NCBI GenBank assembly: GCA_949294665.1
Contig: CASFID010000055.1
Span: 4,772-68,771, forward strand
Direction: 5' to 3'
From: an uncultured Eubacteriales bacterium
GTDB lineage: Bacteria; Bacillota; Clostridia; Lachnospirales; Lachnospiraceae
DNA: 64,000 bases
Of this stretch, positions 1-10,706 are shown in pieces. The number at the start of each line of letters is the position of its first letter. The stretch's first letter is position 1. The notes under the pieces are model-generated. The model made no database searches, had not been told where the DNA came from, and saw only the letters and a list, made by a program, of their open reading frames with translations. The translations under genes were made by a program, and so were the position numbers.

Positions 1-837
<837 letters not shown>

Positions 838-841
838 GAAT

Positions 842-1801
842 TTGGATAAGAAATTAGACGTGATCTGCGTCGGCGCTGCAATCGTGGACATCCCGCTGCA
901 GCCCGTCAGCAGAGATATATTTGACATCGAGTCCTGCCCTCTGGAGCAGATCTCTATGACGATCGGCGGCGACGCTATCAACGAGGCGACAGTGATGTCG
1001 CGTCTCGGACATAAGATCGGACTGATGAGCATGGTGGGAAAAGACGCGGTAGGTAATTTTATCATTGAACACTGTGAGAAAAACGGGATCGACTATTCCG
1101 GAGTCAGGAGAAAAGAGGGCATCGATACTTCTATCAATGTGGGACTGGTGACGCAAGACGGCGAGCGCACATTTGTCACGAACCGTAACGGGAGTCTCTG
1201 GAAGATGACGATCGACGACATCGACCTGGATCGTATCCCGGACGCGAAAATTTTATCTCTGGCAAGTATTTTCAATAATCCGCTCCTTGACTGCAAGGCG
1301 CTTGTTAAGATCTTCAAGGTGGCGAAAGAGAACAATATGATCATCTGTGCGGATATGATCAAGGCCAGACTTGGCGAAACACTCGACGATATTAAAGAAG
1401 CGCTCTCTTATGTCGATTACTTTTTCCCGAACTATGATGAGGCCTGCGCAATGACGGGCAGGACAGAGCTTGAAGATGTTGCGGATGTATTTATGGGCTG
1501 CGGCATCGGGCATGTTATCATCAAGACCGGCAAAAAGGGATGCTATATAAAGAGCCAGGACGGAAGCGTACTCGAAGTCCCTGCCATGAAAGGGATCACA
1601 GCGATCGACACGATCGGCGCCGGCGACAATTTCGCATCCGGATTCATCACGGCAGTGCTGGAAGGAAAGTCCTTAAAAGAGTGCGCTGAGTTTGCAAATG
1701 TGACCGCATCCATCAGTGTCCAGAGCATTGGCGCGACTACAGGAGTTCAGAGCAGGGAACAGGTGGAGGAGCGGCTCGAAGAGTATTATGCTCAGCAGTA
1801 A
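842..1801 (+). CDS. PfkB-family sugar kinase, YdjH-like (TTG start)
   Basis: GGDAINEA N-terminal motif and DTIGAGDNF PfkB signature. Confidence 0.9.
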   Translation: MDKKLDVICVGAAIVDIPLQPVSRDIFDIESCPLEQISMTIGGDAINEATVMSRLGHKIGLMSMVGKDAVGNFIIEHCEKNGIDYSGVRRKEGIDTSINVGLVTQDGERTFVTNRNGSLWKMTIDDIDLDRIPDAKILSLASIFNNPLLDCKALVKIFKVAKENNMIICADMIKARLGETLDDIKEALSYVDYFFPNYDEACAMTGRTELEDVADVFMGCGIGHVIIKTGKKGCYIKSQDGSVLEVPAMKGITAIDTIGAGDNFASGFITAVLEGKSLKECAEFANVTASISVQSIGATTGVQSREQVEERLEEYYAQQ

Positions 1802-1856
1802 TGCCGGAGATTCAGTTGGATAGAAAAAGCAGTATGCAGGGAAAGGAAAAACGATC

Positions 1857-2849
1857 ATGAAAACGATGAAATTAGGAAAAACAGGTATTGATATCTCAAG
1901 GATCGGTCTTGGAACATGGTCCATCGGGGGCGGTTCCGCATGGGGCGGCGATCACGATCTTCAGGTTGTGATCGACACGATCAGGGAAGCTCCGAAAGCA
2001 GGTGTAAACCTGATCGATACGGCTCCGGGATATAATTTCGGAAACAGCGAAAAGATTCTCGGAAAAGCGCTCGAGGGGATGAACCGTGAAGATTTCGTTA
2101 TTATCACGAAGTGTGGAGTGACATGGGATCAGGAGATGAAAGGCGACATGTTTAACGTTGTAAACGGCATCCAGCTCTATAAGAACTTAAACAGCGAATC
2201 GGTCAAAAAGGAGATCAAAGAGTCTCTGAAACGTATGGGGACGGATTATGTGGATGTGTACATGACACACTGGCAGTCGGTCGAGGGTTCTCCGTACTAT
2301 GTGCCGATCGAGAAAACGATGGACGTGCTCAACGACCTTAAGGCGCAGGGACTGATCAAGGCGATCGGCGCTGCGAATGTGGACATCCACCACATCGAAG
2401 AGTATCTGAAATGGGGCGAACTGGATATCGTTCAGGCGAAATATTCGATACTCGACCGCGGCATTGAGGATGAGATCATCCCGTGCTGCCGTGAGAACGG
2501 CGTGACGATCCAGGCTTATTCGCCCCTCGAGATGGGACTTCTGTCAGGAACAATGCCAAGGGACTACAAACCGGTAGGAGCGCAGATCCCGAAGAAATGG
2601 TTCCAGCCGGACAATATGCAGGCTGCTATGGACATGATGGACAAATGGAAACCGCTGTGCGAGAAATACAACTGTACGATTGCGAATCTTGCGCTTGGCT
2701 GGATCCTTGCACAGGGAGATTTCATGAACCTCCTGAGCGGATCTACCACGGCAGAGCAGATTGAAGAAAATGTAAAATCTGCAGAGCTTGATCTGGATCC
2801 GGCAGATGTATCTTACATGAGAGAGCTGGCAGAAGAGATCGAAAAGTAA
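1857..2849 (+). CDS. Aldo/keto reductase, YdjG-like
   Basis: GLGTW, IDTAPGY, ITKCG, YSPL AKR motifs. Confidence 0.9.
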   Translation: MKTMKLGKTGIDISRIGLGTWSIGGGSAWGGDHDLQVVIDTIREAPKAGVNLIDTAPGYNFGNSEKILGKALEGMNREDFVIITKCGVTWDQEMKGDMFNVVNGIQLYKNLNSESVKKEIKESLKRMGTDYVDVYMTHWQSVEGSPYYVPIEKTMDVLNDLKAQGLIKAIGAANVDIHHIEEYLKWGELDIVQAKYSILDRGIEDEIIPCCRENGVTIQAYSPLEMGLLSGTMPRDYKPVGAQIPKKWFQPDNMQAAMDMMDKWKPLCEKYNCTIANLALGWILAQGDFMNLLSGSTTAEQIEENVKSAELDLDPADVSYMRELAEEIEK

Positions 2850-3033
2850 ACTGCGAAAAAGGAAACAGTCTGCATTTTGAAGAGTGTTTCGGTGGGTTTA
2901 AACCCCGAAAATGCAGGTTTTAAAGGAGGATAACATGCTTTCACAGGACAAAAGTCTTGCAAAAACCAACCCGGAAGGTATATTATTAGAGAAAGACAGG
3001 ATAAATACCGTAAGCAGGGAAAGGGAAGAAAGC

Positions 3034-3792
3034 ATGGCTGGCAAAGAACGATTGATGGTCATCCGGCAGACGGTCCAGACCGAGAAGAAAGTTACGGTCA
3101 GCAATCTAAGCAGGATATGCCGGGTGACTGAAGAAACAATAAGAAGAGATCTTGACAAGCTCGAGACAGAAGGAGTACTGACAAGGATACACGGAGGCGC
3201 CATCTGGAATGAAGGCGCCCAGAAGGAGGGCATCCATTTTTACAGACGATTGAGCAGACATCTGAAAGAGAAGCAGGAGATCGCCAGAAAAACAGCAAAA
3301 CTCCTTGAGGGAAAGAGCACGATCATAGCGGATTCCAGCACGACGGTTGCGGAGGCGCTGAAGATCATCCCGGAAACGCAGGAGATCACGATCGTGTCAA
3401 ATTCCACAGAATTGTTTCGTGAGTTCCAGCAGTCGTCTTTTAATATCATTTCCACAGGAGGGGAATTCAATAAAAAGGCATTATCCCTCCAGGGACAGCT
3501 CGCAAAGTCCAATATTGAAAAGTATAATGTGGATCTTGCGCTGATCAGCTGTAAGGGGCTGAGTATCGAGAAAGGCGTACTGGATTCAAACGAGAGCGAG
3601 GCCGAGATCAAGAAAGCTATGCTTGCCCAGGCAGAAGAAGTGGCTCTTCTTGCAGATTATTCCAAGTTCGGACAGTCGGCGTTTGTTAATCTGATCGATC
3701 TGGACCGTGTGAATTATCTTATCACAGACAGGAGACCGTCGGACGAATGGATCGATTACTGCAGTGAGCACGGGATCGAGCTTATCTTTTAA
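3034..3792 (+). CDS. DeoR/GlpR-family transcriptional regulator, YdjF-like
   Basis: VTEETIRRDL HTH, RIHGGA, DSSTT, ADYSKFG; start moved to ATG 3034 after GGAAG. Confidence 0.9.
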   Translation: MAGKERLMVIRQTVQTEKKVTVSNLSRICRVTEETIRRDLDKLETEGVLTRIHGGAIWNEGAQKEGIHFYRRLSRHLKEKQEIARKTAKLLEGKSTIIADSSTTVAEALKIIPETQEITIVSNSTELFREFQQSSFNIISTGGEFNKKALSLQGQLAKSNIEKYNVDLALISCKGLSIEKGVLDSNESEAEIKKAMLAQAEEVALLADYSKFGQSAFVNLIDLDRVNYLITDRRPSDEWIDYCSEHGIELIF

Positions 3793-3896
3793 GAGACGCG
3801 GCTGAAAGAAAGAACAGAAGGAATAAAGCCGGCTGTGCGGAACGATCTGCAAAGCGGAAAAACAACAAATAGTCTGATACAAAAAAACACAGGAGA

Positions 3897-3945
3897 CAGG
3901 AGCGTCGGAGCAGGAACTTTAAATAGCCTGCATCCGGCGCTCCTG
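3897..3945 (+). terminator. GC-rich hairpin after the DeoR gene, probable terminator
   Basis: caggagcgtcggagcagg / cctgcatccggcgctcctg imperfect inverted repeat followed by ctttgtt. Confidence 0.5.
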
Positions 3946-4116
3946 CTTTGTTGCCGCAAAGATCCATACACAGAAAAAGAAAGAGAAATATCGCGTTTAT
4001 CTTTGAAACTGTGATTAAAACAAAGAAATAATGCACAAATCAAAAAAATATATCACAAAATACAAAATAAATTTTTGGTTAAAACATAGAAAAATCTTTG
4101 AAATAAAGAAATTATA

Positions 4117-4145
4117 TTGACATCATCAGACCTCAACTGTAAAAT
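4117..4145 (+). promoter_or_regulatory. SigA-type promoter of the symporter
   Basis: TTGACA-17-TAAAAT with TG extension. Confidence 0.7.
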
Positions 4146-4228
4146 ATCAATAAAGAATTCGTGCAGTATCCACAATGAGAGTTCATTGGTGCACACACAA
4201 AATCAACAGAAATGAGGAAGGTGGAATT

Positions 4229-5590
4229 ATGGAAAAAGAGAAGAAAGAAAAGAAGAGAGGCTCGATCGTTAAACGAATGATCATCGCAGTGATCGCCGGC
4301 TTTGTAGTCGGATTTCTGTGTCTTGTCCTGAGAGAATTTCTCAACGGAAACGGAAGCGGGAAAGTATGGAATGCAGTCGACGCGATATTCTTTCAGGACA
4401 TTACGACGACGGACGGATTTGAAGGCCTTGGCCTGCTCTATATAGTCGGACAGCTCTTTATGAGAGGTCTGCAGATGGCGATCGTTCCCCTTGTGCTTAC
4501 ATCTCTGAGCCTCGCGATGTGCAGTCTTGCGAATCCTGAGCGGCTGGGAAAGATCGCGGGAAAGACATTTATCACTTATATCTGTTTCTATGTCGTGGCC
4601 GCGGCTCTGGCGGGAACTGCCGCTTACTTTGTGAGAAGCATGGGCTGGTTTAATGTAAATCTTCCAAGTGAGATGGCGACAGAGGCCGTAACGATGGAGG
4701 GATATAATCCACTGACGGCTGTCATTACAGCAGTGCCATCCAATCTGTTCTCTGCTTTTACATCAAATAACGAGATCCTCGCCGTATGCGTTGTTGCGAT
4801 CATCATGGGACTGTGCATGACATATCTGGGTGAGAAGGCTGATCCGCTCAAGAAAGTGCTGGAAAATCTGAACGATATTATTCAGATGTTCTTAAACTTC
4901 CTGATCGATAAGGTCGGCCCGGTGGCGATCTTCTGCATGATCTGCCGGACACTTGCCGTATATGGCGTAGAGTATATCAGACCGACGCTCGTCTGGATGG
5001 TGACGACGATCGTCGTAAGCCTTGTGCTTGTATCGACGATCTATCCGATCGGTATTTTCCTGACAACGCGGCTGAACCCCATTCCATTCCTCAAAAAATC
5101 ATTTAAGATCGGTCTGTTCGCAGCGGCTACAAACTCATCAGCAGCTACCCTTCCTCTGAATACAAAGACGTGTATCAACGAACTTGGATGCACAGAGGAG
5201 ATCAGCAGCTTTGTGCTTCCGACCGGAATGACGATCAATATGAACGGCACGACGGCGATGCATATGATCGCGATTACATTTATCGCTACTGCGGCGGGAA
5301 TGGATATCACGCCGGCAACGCTTGTCATGGCTGCATTTCTTTCAATCTGTACGGCAATGGGATGCCCGGCGATCCCTGTAGCGGGAACGACTATGGTATA
5401 TGTCGTTATGTCAGGGCTTGGAATGACGTCGGAACTCTGTATGATCGGCTACTCGCTTGTACTTGCGATGAATTATCTGCCGGGTATGGCGGTGATCACA
5501 CTGAATGTTATCGGCGACGCCGCTACGAATGTGATCGTGAACTTTAAGGAAGGCGTGCTGAACAAAGAAACTTACGATAAAATGGATTAA
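4229..5590 (+). CDS. Dicarboxylate/amino acid:cation symporter (DAACS family)
   Basis: Many TM segments; TNSSAATLP and GMTINMNGT motifs. Confidence 0.9.
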   Translation: MEKEKKEKKRGSIVKRMIIAVIAGFVVGFLCLVLREFLNGNGSGKVWNAVDAIFFQDITTTDGFEGLGLLYIVGQLFMRGLQMAIVPLVLTSLSLAMCSLANPERLGKIAGKTFITYICFYVVAAALAGTAAYFVRSMGWFNVNLPSEMATEAVTMEGYNPLTAVITAVPSNLFSAFTSNNEILAVCVVAIIMGLCMTYLGEKADPLKKVLENLNDIIQMFLNFLIDKVGPVAIFCMICRTLAVYGVEYIRPTLVWMVTTIVVSLVLVSTIYPIGIFLTTRLNPIPFLKKSFKIGLFAAATNSSAATLPLNTKTCINELGCTEEISSFVLPTGMTINMNGTTAMHMIAITFIATAAGMDITPATLVMAAFLSICTAMGCPAIPVAGTTMVYVVMSGLGMTSELCMIGYSLVLAMNYLPGMAVITLNVIGDAATNVIVNFKEGVLNKETYDKMD

Positions 5591-5642
5591 TGACAGAATT
5601 GAGACGATCCGTCATACGGCAGATGGGTCTGATATTAAAAAT

Positions 5643-5689
5643 AGAAAGCGTTCCCAAGTCGCATTTTGTACGACCTGGGAACGCTTTCT
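5643..5689. terminator. Bidirectional intrinsic terminator between the convergent symporter and PBP1A
   Basis: agaaagcgttcccaagtcg / cgacctgggaacgctttct inverted repeat. Confidence 0.75.
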
Positions 5690-5717
5690 TTCGATATGAT
5701 CTGCGTTGGGGGAAGTG

Positions 5718-8444
5718 TTACCCTGCGGGTTGTTCGCCGCCGGTATTTCCTGTATTGCCGGTATCAGCGCCCCCGCCTCCGCCGCCGGTGTTGCCGGTAT
5801 TGCCGGTATCAGCGCCTCCGCCGCCTCCGCCACCGGTGTTGCCGGTATCAGCGCCTCCGCCGCCTCCGCCGCCGGTGTTGCCGGTATTGCCGGTATCAGC
5901 GCCTCCGCCGCCGGTATTTCCGGTATTGTCAGTGTTGCCGGCGTCGGCGCCCCCGCCGCCGGCGTTGCCGCCATTACCGCCGCCATCGTTCGCATTGGCG
6001 TTATCATTGCCGCCGGTGTTCGCATCGTTGTTGTTATCTTCGTTAGTTTCCTGTCCGTCGTCTTTCTTTGTATCGTCGTCTTCATCCTCTTTTTTGCTCG
6101 GTTTCGGAGTGCTGACACGATGTCCGGAACAAGTTTCCGTAGGCAGGAAATCTTTGGCAAAGTAGTCGGTCCTGGATGGACAGCTGCTTGTCGCGAGGAG
6201 TCCGGTCTTTGTACAGATGGTCTTCTGGACAACGCTGGAAGGCATCTCAAAGTCTTTGTCGTCGAGATCTGTGTGGATACGCTCCATGATACCGTTCCAG
6301 ATATACAGATGCCATGATCCCAGATTTTCCATGGGCTTATTCTCATCATATCCGCCCCAGATAGCCGCTGTGTAATACGGAGTGAAACCGCAGAACCAGC
6401 GGTCTGCATAGTCATCCGTTGAACCGGTCTTGCCGGCGGTCGCCATATTGCCGACTTTTGTGCCGTATCCGGTACCGCTCGATACGACGTCTTCCATGGC
6501 GCTTGTGAGAAGATAAGCGGTGGAGTCTTTGATGACTTCATGGGTATCGGGAGTCGTGTTGTCGATCAGCACATTGCCGTCGTGGTCCAGTATCTGTGTA
6601 TAGAGGATCGGCTCCGTATATGTGCCGCTGTTTGCGATCGAAGCAAATGCGGCGGTCAGCTCAATATTATATACACCGTTTGTAATACCGCCAAGGGCCA
6701 GCGCCTGTGTCTCGTCATCTTTTGTCAGAGTAGTAAAGCCGAAATTGTTTACATACTCGTATCCGGTTCCGATGCCGACTGTCTCGGTAAGCGTGCGGAC
6801 CGCACATGTATTGATAGAGTGCGTGATGGCGTTGCGTACCGTGGTGGCTCCGATATATCTGTTGTTGGAGTTGTGGACTTCCTGTCCGCTCTGGTATTTG
6901 TAGGGCTCGTCGACAACCGTCGATGCGAGAGTGATGTCGCCCTCATTGAGTCCCGGCCCGTAAGTCGAGAGTATCTTGAAACAGGAGCCCGGCTGCTGTG
7001 TTGAAGCTGTGGCGCGGTTCAGAGTCCGGTCTCCGCTCTTTTCGCCTCTTCCTCCTACGATAGCTTTGACCTGACCGGTATGCTGGTCCATGACCACGAA
7101 GGATACCTGCGGCTGCAGAGTAATATCATATTTCTCGTCCACAATGTCTCCCGCGTCAGTATCTATGTTCAGCGAGGACTTATAAGACGCGATCGCCTCT
7201 TCCGCCTCCTCGCGGGAAGAGAACACGAGCGGATTGCTGTCGTCCTGAGTTTCGCGGATATACTGCGCGAGATTCTCCTTACTGTAATTCTCTGCGGAGC
7301 CGTCGGCCCTGTGTACGGTCAGTGCATATTCCAGACCGTATTCTGTGACAGGGTAGTAGGACTCGTCTGCAACCTCCTCGTCACAGATCTTCTGGATATC
7401 CAGATCCTGTGTGGAGGTGATCGTAAGACCTCCGCTGTACAGAAGATTGTAGGCCTGCGTCTCGGAGTATCCTTTCTGATCCATGAGATCCTGAATGATG
7501 TCGTCGATCAGAGCATCTGTAAAATAGGAGTAGGGCGTTGTATCTTCTGTAGCCGTAGCTGTCTGCAGGATCCGGTCGTATACGGAATCCGCCATGGCCT
7601 CGTCATACTGCGCCTGATCGATGTATCCCTGATCCAGCATATTTCCGAGCACGACTTCGCGCCTTCTGGCATTGTTCTCAGGGTGTGTCACAGGATCGTA
7701 CTCGGTAGGATTCTGCGTGATCGCCGCGATGACAGCGCACTCAGACAGTGTCAGATCGGCGGCATCCTTATTGAAATATCGGGTGGCGGCCGTCTGTACT
7801 CCGAGACATCCCTGCCCCAGATTGATCGTGTTCATGTAGGCTTCCAGTATTTGTTCCTTGCTCATTTCCTTTTCGATCTCGAGTGCCAGATACTGCTCCT
7901 GGAGCTTCCTCTCCAGTCGGTCGAAGAACGTCTCCTCATTGACAAAGTCGGGGAATACGTTGTTCTTGATGAGCTGCTGCGTCAGCGTACTGGCACCTTC
8001 TGAAAAGTCAAACCCGTTGGAGATGCCTACGAAAGCTGCTCTCATGATACCCTGGAGATCCACCCCGTTATGCTCATAGAAACGCTCGTCCTCTATTGCA
8101 ATAAATGCATGGGGGAGAAACTCAGAATTGGCAGTGATCTCCGCGTATGTCTTGTACACACGGTTGGAGTCTGAATCTTTCAGTGTCTCGATCACGGTCC
8201 CGTTCTGATCGACGATATTGGTCGTATAGCCTTTCGGCAGGATATCGTCTGCAGATACGGCCGGTGTGTTGTCTATGATCTTTTTTGCAAAGATCCCGGC
8301 TCCGACGACGCAGATCACTCCGAGAAGGAGTATGCACAGGATAAGCGCCTTGAAAAAACGAACTCCTACGCGCTTCTGCTTCATCCTTTTTTTAGAAGAT
8401 ATATTTTTCTTACGCCGGGAAAGATTTCTTTTTCCGTAATTCAC
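5718..8444 (-). CDS. Class A penicillin-binding protein (PBP1A family transglycosylase/transpeptidase)
   Basis: EDERFYEHNG, GASTLTQQLIKN, SCFK, SIN and KTG motifs; N-terminal TM anchor. Confidence 0.95.
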   Translation of the reverse strand: MNYGKRNLSRRKKNISSKKRMKQKRVGVRFFKALILCILLLGVICVVGAGIFAKKIIDNTPAVSADDILPKGYTTNIVDQNGTVIETLKDSDSNRVYKTYAEITANSEFLPHAFIAIEDERFYEHNGVDLQGIMRAAFVGISNGFDFSEGASTLTQQLIKNNVFPDFVNEETFFDRLERKLQEQYLALEIEKEMSKEQILEAYMNTINLGQGCLGVQTAATRYFNKDAADLTLSECAVIAAITQNPTEYDPVTHPENNARRREVVLGNMLDQGYIDQAQYDEAMADSVYDRILQTATATEDTTPYSYFTDALIDDIIQDLMDQKGYSETQAYNLLYSGGLTITSTQDLDIQKICDEEVADESYYPVTEYGLEYALTVHRADGSAENYSKENLAQYIRETQDDSNPLVFSSREEAEEAIASYKSSLNIDTDAGDIVDEKYDITLQPQVSFVVMDQHTGQVKAIVGGRGEKSGDRTLNRATASTQQPGSCFKILSTYGPGLNEGDITLASTVVDEPYKYQSGQEVHNSNNRYIGATTVRNAITHSINTCAVRTLTETVGIGTGYEYVNNFGFTTLTKDDETQALALGGITNGVYNIELTAAFASIANSGTYTEPILYTQILDHDGNVLIDNTTPDTHEVIKDSTAYLLTSAMEDVVSSGTGYGTKVGNMATAGKTGSTDDYADRWFCGFTPYYTAAIWGGYDENKPMENLGSWHLYIWNGIMERIHTDLDDKDFEMPSSVVQKTICTKTGLLATSSCPSRTDYFAKDFLPTETCSGHRVSTPKPSKKEDEDDDTKKDDGQETNEDNNNDANTGGNDNANANDGGGNGGNAGGGGADAGNTDNTGNTGGGGADTGNTGNTGGGGGGGADTGNTGGGGGGGADTGNTGNTGGGGGGADTGNTGNTGGEQPAG
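5737..5960 (-). repeat. Five imperfect tandem repeats encoding G4-7ADTGNT(GNT) in the PBP1A C-terminal tail
   Basis: Repeated ccgccggtgttgccggtattgccggtatcagcgcc units on the + strand. Confidence 0.9.
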
Positions 8445-8665
8445 GAATCACATCCTCCTTTTCAACTCTTATGATTATATCAAATATAATGTTCTAAATA
8501 AAGATAAAAATAAAATCTTCATATTTTCTACATAAAATCTTCTGAAATAGCGTTTCTGCGGTTTTTCTTGTATGTGGACGGCGCATTTGATATAGTAAGA
8601 ACAGATCGGCCTGGAAGAGTGTGCCGCACTGCGGGACGCTGAGACAGGGGCAACGGGAGGAGAGC

Positions 8666-9298
8666 ATGATGGAAAGCTATCGTACGGCGCAGAGCCAGGG
8701 GAGGGGAGAAGTCGTTGAGAAAAAGTCCCGGTTTCTTGCGGAAATATTTCCGGTCGGGACAGAGGAAGAAGCGGCGGCTATCCTGGAGCGGGTGAAAAAA
8801 GAATACTGGGATGCAAGACATCACTGCTGGGCGTATATTATCAGAGGCAATCCTCCCTGCGAGAGGATGAGCGACGACGGGGAGCCGTCGGGAACTGCCG
8901 GGAAACCGATCCTGGAGGTGCTCAGAGGAAAAGAACTTACCAATATCCTGGCCGTGGTGACCAGGTATTTCGGTGGCACCCTTCTGGGGACAGGAGGCCT
9001 CGTCCGTGCATATACGGCGGCTGTGACGGAAGGACTGTCCCACACAGAGCTTGTCACGAGAAATCTGGGGATAAGACTGAACATCATAACGGACTATTCC
9101 GGGCTTGGAAAGATACAGTATCTGACTGCGCAGCGGGGGATCGTCACGGAGGATACCGCATATACCGACAAGGTGGAGATGACCGTGATCGTTCCGGAAG
9201 ATGAACTTGCAGCTCTGAAAAAGGAGATCCGGGAGGGGACCAACGGACAGGCAGTCTTCAAAGAAAAGGGAGAGTGCTGGTTTACCCGGAAAGAATAA
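8666..9298 (+). CDS. yigZ: YigZ/IMPACT family protein
   Basis: KKSRFLA, ARHHCWAY, SDDGEPSGTAG, VTRYFGGTLLGTGGL. Confidence 0.92.
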   Translation: MMESYRTAQSQGRGEVVEKKSRFLAEIFPVGTEEEAAAILERVKKEYWDARHHCWAYIIRGNPPCERMSDDGEPSGTAGKPILEVLRGKELTNILAVVTRYFGGTLLGTGGLVRAYTAAVTEGLSHTELVTRNLGIRLNIITDYSGLGKIQYLTAQRGIVTEDTAYTDKVEMTVIVPEDELAALKKEIREGTNGQAVFKEKGECWFTRKE

Positions 9299-9336
9299 GA
9301 AAAAGAGGATGGAAAGGGCCTATATAAAAGCATAAG

Positions 9337-9403
9337 CAGGGACAGGCCCCGGATACCCGGAATGTGCCTTTTGGCACTTCACGGGGATCCGGGGCCTGTC
9401 CTG
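9337..9403. repeat. Long imperfect palindrome between convergent yigZ and hpf
   Basis: cagggacaggccccggat..gtgcc-tttt-ggcac..atccggggcctgtcctg. Confidence 0.7.
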
Positions 9404-9416
9404 GTGTTAAAATGTC

Positions 9417-9974
9417 CTATGAGAATTCAGGTTCGATCAGTCCGAAGGAACCGTCTTTTCTTTTGTATACCACATTGACCTCCTCTGTCTCTGCGTTGGA
9501 GAAGACGAAGAAGCTGTGTCCTAAGAGCTCCATCTGGATGCATGCGTCCTCCGGATACATCGGCTTGATGCCGAATTTTTTGGTGCGTACGATACGGATC
9601 TCGTCATCTTCGGGGGATTCCTCCTCGGAATCGATAAACTCTTTCCGGATGCTTCCGGTGGGCGCCGCCGAAGTGGGATGTCCCTGATTCTTTGCCACCA
9701 GCTTGTTTTTATATTTGCGGAGCTGGCGTTCGATGATCTCTTCTACAAGATCGATGGATACATACATGTCATTGCTCGTCTGCTCTGAGCGGATAATGTT
9801 TCCTTTGACCGGGATCGTTACCTCGATCTTCTGGCGTCCTTTCTCTACGCTCAAGGTTACGATGATTTCTGTTTCAGGAGTGAAGTACCTCTCAAGTTTT
9901 CCTAATTTCTGCTCGATCGCGTCTTTGAGTCCTTGAGTTACTTCGATGTTTTTTCCACTGATGATAAAATTCAT
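9417..9974 (-). CDS. hpf: Ribosome hibernation promoting factor, long HPF
   Basis: GKNIEVT, DMYVSID, KPM..EDACIQMELLGH, NVVYKRKDG; AAGGAG RBS. Confidence 0.95.
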   Translation of the reverse strand: MNFIISGKNIEVTQGLKDAIEQKLGKLERYFTPETEIIVTLSVEKGRQKIEVTIPVKGNIIRSEQTSNDMYVSIDLVEEIIERQLRKYKNKLVAKNQGHPTSAAPTGSIRKEFIDSEEESPEDDEIRIVRTKKFGIKPMYPEDACIQMELLGHSFFVFSNAETEEVNVVYKRKDGSFGLIEPEFS

Positions 9975-10062
9975 ACTGTTCAACTCCTTTTTGTCCATAT
10001 TCTACATAAACATGTGTTAAATATGTGTATGTATTATGTAAATATTATAACATGGAACAGCG

Positions 10063-10677
10063 TTAATGTATAGAACGAATCACTTCAATGCGTGTGATTT
10101 TTCCATCCCTGATCTTGGCGATCCGCAGTCCGAGATCTGTAAAGTATACGCACGCCCCGGTTCCGGGCTCCGTATCGTCTTCCTCCATTTTCTGGAGCAG
10201 TACATCCAGAAGGGTGTCGTCCTTGTCACTGTAAGGAATTTCCAGGTGGAACAGACGGTTGATCTGATAAACTTTCTGCGATGCACGGAAGACGGTCTTC
10301 TCCGTCTCGTCGAAAGCGGCGAACAGAAACTTCCTTGTGGCAAACAGTATCGCGATGGCTATGACGCCGACCAGACTGTTCAGCGGTGAGGAATGGTCGA
10401 TAATGACCTGGCGTGCGATAGCAAACAGAAGGACTTCAAATACTGTGATCGGAGTGTGCAGATAGAGCATCCGGATCAGCTCGACGCCGATGATCAGATT
10501 GAAGCAGGAAGTGAGCAGATCGTCATAGTTCGGATAGGTGTTCAGGTCAGGGAGGGCGCCTATGGAGAGGATGAGCCGGACGATCATGATGATAATGCCG
10601 CAGGCCAGAAGCGTAGCGATCACAAATTCCATGATCTTTGTCAGATATTTCAGAAAAAGGCGTGCATATTTCTCCAT
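10063..10677 (-). CDS. PsiE-like membrane protein with C-terminal transporter-associated (CorC/HlyC-like) domain
   Basis: Four TM helices with IGVELIRM and AIARQVII; soluble C-terminus ending LRIAKIRDGKITRIEV. Confidence 0.6.
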   Translation of the reverse strand: MEKYARLFLKYLTKIMEFVIATLLACGIIIMIVRLILSIGALPDLNTYPNYDDLLTSCFNLIIGVELIRMLYLHTPITVFEVLLFAIARQVIIDHSSPLNSLVGVIAIAILFATRKFLFAAFDETEKTVFRASQKVYQINRLFHLEIPYSDKDDTLLDVLLQKMEEDDTEPGTGACVYFTDLGLRIAKIRDGKITRIEVIRSIH

Positions 10678-10706
10678 AGGGATCTCCTTTTGTATTCTTT
10701 GATCTT

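Noticed and set aside
4161-4196. Hairpin in the symporter leader (gtgca..caatga-gagt-tcattg..tgcac)
   Set aside because: Short and matches no riboswitch or T-box motif I recognise
5737-5960. Tandem repeats considered as a CRISPR array
   Set aside because: No unique spacers, in-frame coding repeats, no cas genes
5590-6165. 191-aa polyproline-repeat ORF starting at the symporter stop (TAATG)
   Set aside because: It is the antisense reading of the PBP1A Gly repeats, and a terminator hairpin at 5643-5689 lies within it
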